Translations under genes and position numbers: made by a program
DNA from: Candidatus Omnitrophota bacterium
Lineage (GTDB): Bacteria; Omnitrophota; Gorgyraeia; JAGLLT01
Length of the DNA: 64,000 nucleotides
Direction of reading: 5' to 3'
Assembly (NCBI GenBank): GCA_030632085.1
Contig: DAOVJY010000001.1
Coordinates: 271,402-335,401 of the forward strand
Shown: positions 59,870 to 64,000 of the stretch, one piece after another
How positions within the stretch are numbered: the stretch's first letter is position 1
Layout: every line of letters begins with the position of its first letter
The notes under the pieces: model-generated
What the model was told of the DNA's origin: nothing
What the model saw: the letters and a program-made list of their open reading frames with translations, nothing else
The model's database searches: none

Positions 59870-60784
59870 TTATTTCCATGGTCCGGAAACTTTCCATTTC
59901 GCATTAAATTTCTCATTTTTATTAATCGCAATAAGTGGTTTAATAAGAAACTTTTCTATCTCTCTGGCTATTATGTTCAACTTTTCCGGTACATACTTAA
60001 TATCTACCTTTTTCAGAAAGGCCCTCCATAATGTCTGACGATCGGACTTTTCGTCATAAATTTCTCCGGCAAACAATGGTTTACATTGTGGTAAAAAAGT
60101 TTTACGCTGTTTAAAAGTTCTTTTTAACGCTTCAGCAAGCCTTAATCCGTCAAAGTTAAACTGACGCATCATGAGCCAAATATCATAAAAATCTTTCATC
60201 CGGCTATTAAGAAGGCCCAGTTTTATCATAGCTTCAAATTTCTCACTAATAACGCTCTCCGCCGGATATCCTTTAAGTTTAGGTTTAGGAAAATCTAAAA
60301 TAACAGGATATTCAATTATTTTCGGCTTTGGATAAATGCTATCTCCAAAGCCTAAATCAATTTGCATAGGAATGCGAGAACGCTCAAGCACTCCGACAAA
60401 CTTAACCCGCACTCCTTCATAATCGGCATCTTCTTTGATGCGTTGACCTTTCACGCCATTAGAATCAAATATAATACCATCTGAAATCACATCTATTTTA
60501 CAAATATCCTTCATCATTTTCTCAATACTAAATATCTGGTTATCATATTGCGCTGAAAAATCTATATCAAGGGTTGCCCTTCGCTCGGGCACATGCCACA
60601 CAGTAAACATCAAAGCCCCCTTAAGAATAAACTTATCCGCATATTTAGACTGACTAACACGATAAAGAAATCTCTCTATTCCATAATATTGCAAAACCTC
60701 TGAAAATGGACGATTGCTTTCTCTCGCCTTATTTTGAAGCTGAGCCCGGATAGAGGCTTTTAAATTTTTAATGTCTTTTTTCAT
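59870..60784 (-). CDS. abiEii: AbiEii/AbiGii-family nucleotidyltransferase toxin (type IV toxin-antitoxin / abortive infection)
   Basis: The nucleotidyltransferase motif KGALMF...DIDF (GG/GS...DxD), a length of about 300 aa and a 4-nt overlap with the upstream AbiEi gene. Confidence 0.75.
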   Translation of the reverse strand: MKKDIKNLKASIRAQLQNKARESNRPFSEVLQYYGIERFLYRVSQSKYADKFILKGALMFTVWHVPERRATLDIDFSAQYDNQIFSIEKMMKDICKIDVISDGIIFDSNGVKGQRIKEDADYEGVRVKFVGVLERSRIPMQIDLGFGDSIYPKPKIIEYPVILDFPKPKLKGYPAESVISEKFEAMIKLGLLNSRMKDFYDIWLMMRQFNFDGLRLAEALKRTFKQRKTFLPQCKPLFAGEIYDEKSDRQTLWRAFLKKVDIKYVPEKLNIIAREIEKFLIKPLIAINKNEKFNAKWKVSGPWK

Positions 60785-61383
60785 ATCATTGTTTCAAGCA
60801 TTGGTTTAATAATTTTATGTACACGGCAAATCTTAGCGTATTTCATTATTTCGAGTGGTTTTATGCCCTTTACGGTAACCGCTATCTTAAGTGCATCCAT
60901 GGCAATATTTACACCTATTCTATTGCGAAACTTAAAACAATCAGCGACCGTTTTAGCAAGGCTGTAAACTCTGATTTTATGCCCTTCAGCTTGATGCACT
61001 TCAACGCCGGCATTCCAAGTTTTAACTGAAAAACGATAAAATCGTACTGGTGGGTATTTAATTTTATTGGTACGAGTCCCCGCGGGAATTGCAATATCTA
61101 CATACCCGGGTATCTCGTTCGTTGCTTCATGAAAAAAAAGGGCCGACACAAGACAAACAATCCCTCTTAGCGCCTGAAGAGACGCAATGACAAGATCAGG
61201 ATGCGGTCCAAACGTATAATGAGTCATCCGGTAAAGTCCCCTGGCAATCTTCTCTATTTCACCTTCTTTTTCAAGTTCTTTAAGCGTATCCGAATGAAAC
61301 CCCGCTTTTATAATTGAAGAAAACCGTGCAATGCCACCATGTTTTTTAAAATAGTTAAACATTTTCTCTGTTTTTTGTTTCAT
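60781..61383 (-). CDS. abiEi: AbiEi-family antitoxin / transcriptional regulator
   Basis: An N-terminal wHTH-like region (FSSIIKAGFHSDTLKELEKEGEIEKIARGLY) and a C-terminal AbiEi domain. It pairs with AbiEii. Confidence 0.7.
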   Translation of the reverse strand: MKQKTEKMFNYFKKHGGIARFSSIIKAGFHSDTLKELEKEGEIEKIARGLYRMTHYTFGPHPDLVIASLQALRGIVCLVSALFFHEATNEIPGYVDIAIPAGTRTNKIKYPPVRFYRFSVKTWNAGVEVHQAEGHKIRVYSLAKTVADCFKFRNRIGVNIAMDALKIAVTVKGIKPLEIMKYAKICRVHKIIKPMLETMI

Positions 61384-61407
61384 AGCCTCTCCGTATAAAT
61401 TGTCATT

Positions 61408-61421
61408 ACTTATAAATAAGT
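61408..61421. promoter_or_regulatory. Perfect 14-bp palindrome ACTTATAAATAAGT in the abiEi promoter, a candidate AbiEi operator
   Basis: ACTTAT/ATAAGT inverted repeat 24-37 nt upstream of the abiEi ATG. AbiEi proteins autoregulate through promoter inverted repeats. Confidence 0.4.
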
Positions 61422-61539
61422 ATATACACTTTATACGATTATGTCAATGCTTTTTTTATTGCAGGGAAAAGTTACTATACACATAGCACAATGCCAATTC
61501 TTTATAACAACTATTCATAATGATATGGTGAATAAAAAA

Positions 61540-61618
61540 TCCTCTCCTAATTTTATTTTAAGAGAGGACTTCTATACTAAACTATGGTAGCCCCAACCCG
61601 TGCTGTCCACTACGGATA
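61540..61618 (-). repeat. Copy (e) of the box-plus-terminator repeat, with a different hairpin
   Basis: The hairpin TCCTCTCCTAA-ttttatt-TTAAGAGAGGA is followed by the box ATGGTAGCCCCAACCCGTGCTGTCCACTACGGATA (1 mismatch to copy d). A U6 tract follows on the minus strand. Confidence 0.6.
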
Positions 61619-61904
61619 CTTTATTTATATTTACAGTTGATGGCATATAACACTAGCGCTCATAGGCCACTGGACAGAAAACGTGGCGTTCCTTGTGCAG
61701 CGATTGCATCAGACATTGAATTATATTACTCCAGAGATGATGGAATTAAAGACTGTCGCTTAATTAATCTGTCTGTTAAGCCCGGCATAGCTCATTATGT
61801 CTCTTTAATTCATTCTTGGCTTGTGCTGGGAAAACGTTAAGAAAAATAATGCCTAGGAAAAGATACGCTAGCCTTGTATCGTCAGGAGGAATGATTAAAA
61901 CACT

Positions 61905-62531
61905 TTATCGATGAAATAGTTTTTTATATTCCCCTTCTAAAACAGATTGCGCATCATCTATAATTTTGTCGTATTTCGCTATTAAATTTAGCAAGCCGCG
62001 CTTGTAGCACATCAGTAATCCAATTGTGCAGATTATAATAAGTGCGATTGCAAGAGCCCAAGACCGCAACTGCTCTATTATTATAACATTAGAGATAAGT
62101 TCATTAATAAGAACTCCTATAATGCAGATAATAGCTACAATAAAATACACGATACCGTGAAACGAAATAACTGGTCTTGTTTCGTTCTTTCTATCAATAA
62201 CATCAAGAGCGAATGTATCTTTTAGGCGCCTCTCGATTTTCGTATCTTCTATTTGTTGTATCTCATCATTCTTGTCTTTTAATTCATTAATTTCATAATT
62301 AGAGTATGCTAATCCTATACCTATGCTTGACATAGCAAAAACTGCAAAGAAAATGTTGGTTGTTGCGCTTGAGACACAGGTAGGAATTTTATGCTTATAA
62401 CAAAGCATGCCTATTATAATTAAAAGAGCAAAATAACTAAAGCGGATAACGTGTTTTATAATTGGCGTAGTTTGTTTTAGTTTGAAAAAAGGAAGAAAAA
62501 AAATCATTTTCAGGAAGGGATTTTCTGCCAA
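61905..62531 (-). CDS. Hypothetical 4-TM membrane protein (duplicated 2-TM hairpin plus charged helix)
   Basis: Four hydrophobic helices arranged as two 2-TM hairpins, each followed by a Lys/Glu-rich helix. It overlaps the upstream gene by 22 nt. Confidence 0.5.
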   Translation of the reverse strand: MAENPFLKMIFFLPFFKLKQTTPIIKHVIRFSYFALLIIIGMLCYKHKIPTCVSSATTNIFFAVFAMSSIGIGLAYSNYEINELKDKNDEIQQIEDTKIERRLKDTFALDVIDRKNETRPVISFHGIVYFIVAIICIIGVLINELISNVIIIEQLRSWALAIALIIICTIGLLMCYKRGLLNLIAKYDKIIDDAQSVLEGEYKKLFHR

Positions 62532-63037
62532 ATGGCATCAAATGTCTCTTCTAATTTTTTGGCTACTGGCGGGTTGTAAAAGTTAACATTACCCTTAACT
62601 ATACTATCCTCATCATTTTCGTCTTCTGGGTTATGCAGATCTTCTATCCGGTATCCTTTTTTATCTACCACAGCAAAGTGTTTAACCCAATTTTCTTGTA
62701 TACGCTCAGAGTCGACTGTTTTTATCTCAACCTTTCCTCCAAAATCGCTTTTCAATGTGTCTAAAATTTCATCCATTTTAATTTTGTGCCAGACAATTAC
62801 CTTTATTGATATGTTTTTTTTCACAAGTTTTTTAAAAGATTCTATCATTCCTTGGTGATTAAAGAACCGTTCGCTCAAGGTACCCGTGAGAATTTTGACA
62901 CTTTTTTCCGCTTTCTCAAATAGCAAATCTGTAAGATATACTGCATGCTCTAACGTGCTATTTGGTATGTTTATATTCTCTCGTCTATCTCTTGCTAATT
63001 TCGCTCGTTCTTTATAGTCGACTATGTCCATGTTCAT
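62510..63037 (-). CDS. Hypothetical soluble protein with PLD-like-domain resemblance (no intact HKD motif)
   Basis: The pattern KSVKILTGTLS...ISIKVIVW...VKHFAVVDKKGYRIED...FDAIWQ resembles the secondary-structure rhythm of a Nuc/PLD-like domain. The spacing does not fit HxK-x4-D. Confidence 0.4.
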   Translation of the reverse strand: MNMDIVDYKERAKLARDRRENINIPNSTLEHAVYLTDLLFEKAEKSVKILTGTLSERFFNHQGMIESFKKLVKKNISIKVIVWHKIKMDEILDTLKSDFGGKVEIKTVDSERIQENWVKHFAVVDKKGYRIEDLHNPEDENDEDSIVKGNVNFYNPPVAKKLEETFDAIWQKIPS

Positions 63038-63497
63038 GCCTCCTGTTATTTTAAGTTCTGTATCCCCATAAGATTATCTCGCTATGTTCACCACGTACAC
63101 TTCTGATGTGATTCATTTTGATGAAAAAAATAGCACGAAATCGAACATTCGCGCTCTTGTATACAATTAAGTACTCCTTCAATCATAAACCTCTCCTTGG
63201 GGACCATAAAAGGCTCGTTGCAGGTTATAGTTTGGATGTTTAAAGTATACATCACTCGCTTGCCCCTTGTCAAGTCCAAACTAATATTTCTTTTTGGCTC
63301 CCATTGTGCTATTTAAATTCTCAACATTGATAAAGCCTGCTCCCTGAAGGAGGAGAAGTTCACGGCAATGGACTTACCAATATCTCCCAATTTCTTAAAT
63401 CAATCAGTCGCACTTTTATCCAATTTCGAATATTGCCACACTTTTTTATCCATTTTTTTACCATAACAATTAATATCCAAACTGTTTTCTTTAAGTA

Positions 63498-64000
63498 TCA
63501 CGGATACTCTATTTCCATCAAATCTTCGCAATTCCTTATTCCCATTATTATATCATACTCCGCATTTTTATAAATCATAATTTTAGCCGTTTTTTCTCTT
63601 GGATTTACTATTATTTCTTTTACAAATTGCCTTATAAACTTCTTCTTTTCCTCCATAGCACCATGCTCTAAAACATCGTTAAAGTTATCTAAATAGCCTA
63701 ACATCTTCTTTGTAATTCTCTCTATATCAGTTTTCCCTTCCAGGTTTGTTGTAATTTTAATACGTTCATCTAAAAGCATATCTCTTGTATGCTCCAGCTT
63801 ATTTATATTGGCCACTGCCCGGTCTAAATTGAGGCCCCTTTCTATCGCTTCCTCCCAATTCCTGATTTTTAAAGCTATTTCCTTAATCTGTATATCCAAT
63901 TCCCTGAGCCTGTTATCTGACCTATCCTGCATTAGAGAGATCTTTTCTCTCAGCTTATTTTCTAAATCTTCTCTCCACGTTCCGGTATCCAGCTTTTCCA
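63498..64000 (-). CDS. Large serine recombinase, C-terminal coiled-coil/tail region (partial; N-terminus beyond the window end)
   Basis: The ORF is open upstream to position 64000 (...EKLDTGTWREDLENKLREKISL-MQDRSDNRLRELDIQIKEIALK...). The coiled-coil and the terminal EEKKKFIRQFVKEIIVNPREKTAKIMIY match the typical large-serine-recombinase C-terminus (EEKRELIRLLIDKIEV...KIEIHY). Confidence 0.5.
   Translation of the reverse strand, partial: EKLDTGTWREDLENKLREKISLMQDRSDNRLRELDIQIKEIALKIRNWEEAIERGLNLDRAVANINKLEHTRDMLLDERIKITTNLEGKTDIERITKKMLGYLDNFNDVLEHGAMEEKKKFIRQFVKEIIVNPREKTAKIMIYKNAEYDIIMGIRNCEDLMEIEYP

Noticed and set aside
58975-61618. Interpreting the repeat units as integron attC sites (a cluster of attC sites lacking an integrase)
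   Set aside because: I could not find the R''/R' core boxes (RYYYAAC...GTTRRRY) on either strand. No tyrosine integrase IntI is present. The only recombinase is a serine recombinase. The cassette-like organisation is kept as an analogy only.
61637-61840. 67-aa plus-strand ORF between repeat copy (e) and the 4-TM gene
   Set aside because: It shows no RBS, no motif and locally odd composition. It could be a gene remnant, but I cannot support a CDS call.
63088-63279. 63-aa minus-strand ORF in the 460-bp spacer before the recombinase
   Set aside because: It is Cys-rich and low-complexity, with no RBS or similarity to anything. The spacer more likely holds promoter or att-type sequence.
1-64000. 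CRISPR arrays, rRNA genes, IS elements and prophage structural genes
   Set aside because: No direct-repeat/spacer periodicity was seen. No rRNA-like conserved stretches were seen. No transposase or phage capsid/terminase-like ORFs were seen.

Overview
This is an AT-rich bacterial chromosomal window with roughly 60 genes, almost all on the minus strand. Housekeeping content dominates 1-53.7 kb.

The window opens with a Bacillus-like conserved block: dnaB (partial), rplI, rpsR, ssb, rpsF, pth, rplY/ctc, prs, glmU, tRNA-Gln, spoVG, ispE and a split transketolase. Next come a TPR protein, hisG, a plus-strand PpiD-like chaperone and an nrdR-nrdD-nrdH operon preceded by tandem NrdR boxes. These are followed by dCMP deaminase, glyA, rpiB and a TsaC::LMW-PTP fusion, which together mirror the B. 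subtilis ywl cluster, and then otsBA and mscS. A purine operon follows (purE, purD, purM, purQ, a purS-purL fusion, purB). After it come a PA2778/PA2779-like peptidase pair and a TonB/ExbBD/TonB-dependent-receptor iron-uptake cluster with a DtxR-family regulator. Before the RND block sit a patatin-like phospholipase, a UbiB-family kinase and a glycolipid-like module (acyl carrier protein, STAS::GT28 glycosyltransferase, LpxL-like acyltransferase). The block ends with an RND/TolC/TetR efflux operon. TolC, TonB receptors and a lipid A acyltransferase indicate a diderm (outer-membrane-bearing) cell.

From about 57.7 kb to the window end the character changes to an accessory island. It carries an MBL-fold hydrolase, a MazEF toxin-antitoxin pair, an AbiEi/AbiEii abortive-infection pair, a two-gene module of unknown function (a PLD-like-looking soluble protein plus a 4-TM membrane protein) and the 3' part of a large serine recombinase running off the window.

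The most striking feature is a previously unreported repeat unit of about 75 bp. It consists of a conserved 35-nt box followed by a GC-stem terminator hairpin, and it sits immediately 3' of successive island genes, always in the same orientation. Three copies are near-identical. Degenerate copies also occur 3' of the MBL-fold hydrolase gene, 3' of the beta-carbonic-anhydrase-like gene and 3' of the patatin gene. The arrangement is cassette-array-like, but it is not a canonical integron.

Two small CDSs missed by the ORF track are a bS22-like ribosomal peptide and a DUF2292/YezD-like protein. Other points of note are a SpoVG with an inserted zinc ribbon, DtxR-type operators of the form TTAGA-N4-TCTAA, and a GATACAA heptad array plus a 30-mer shared between two promoter regions. 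No CRISPR arrays or rRNA genes are present, and there is one tRNA.
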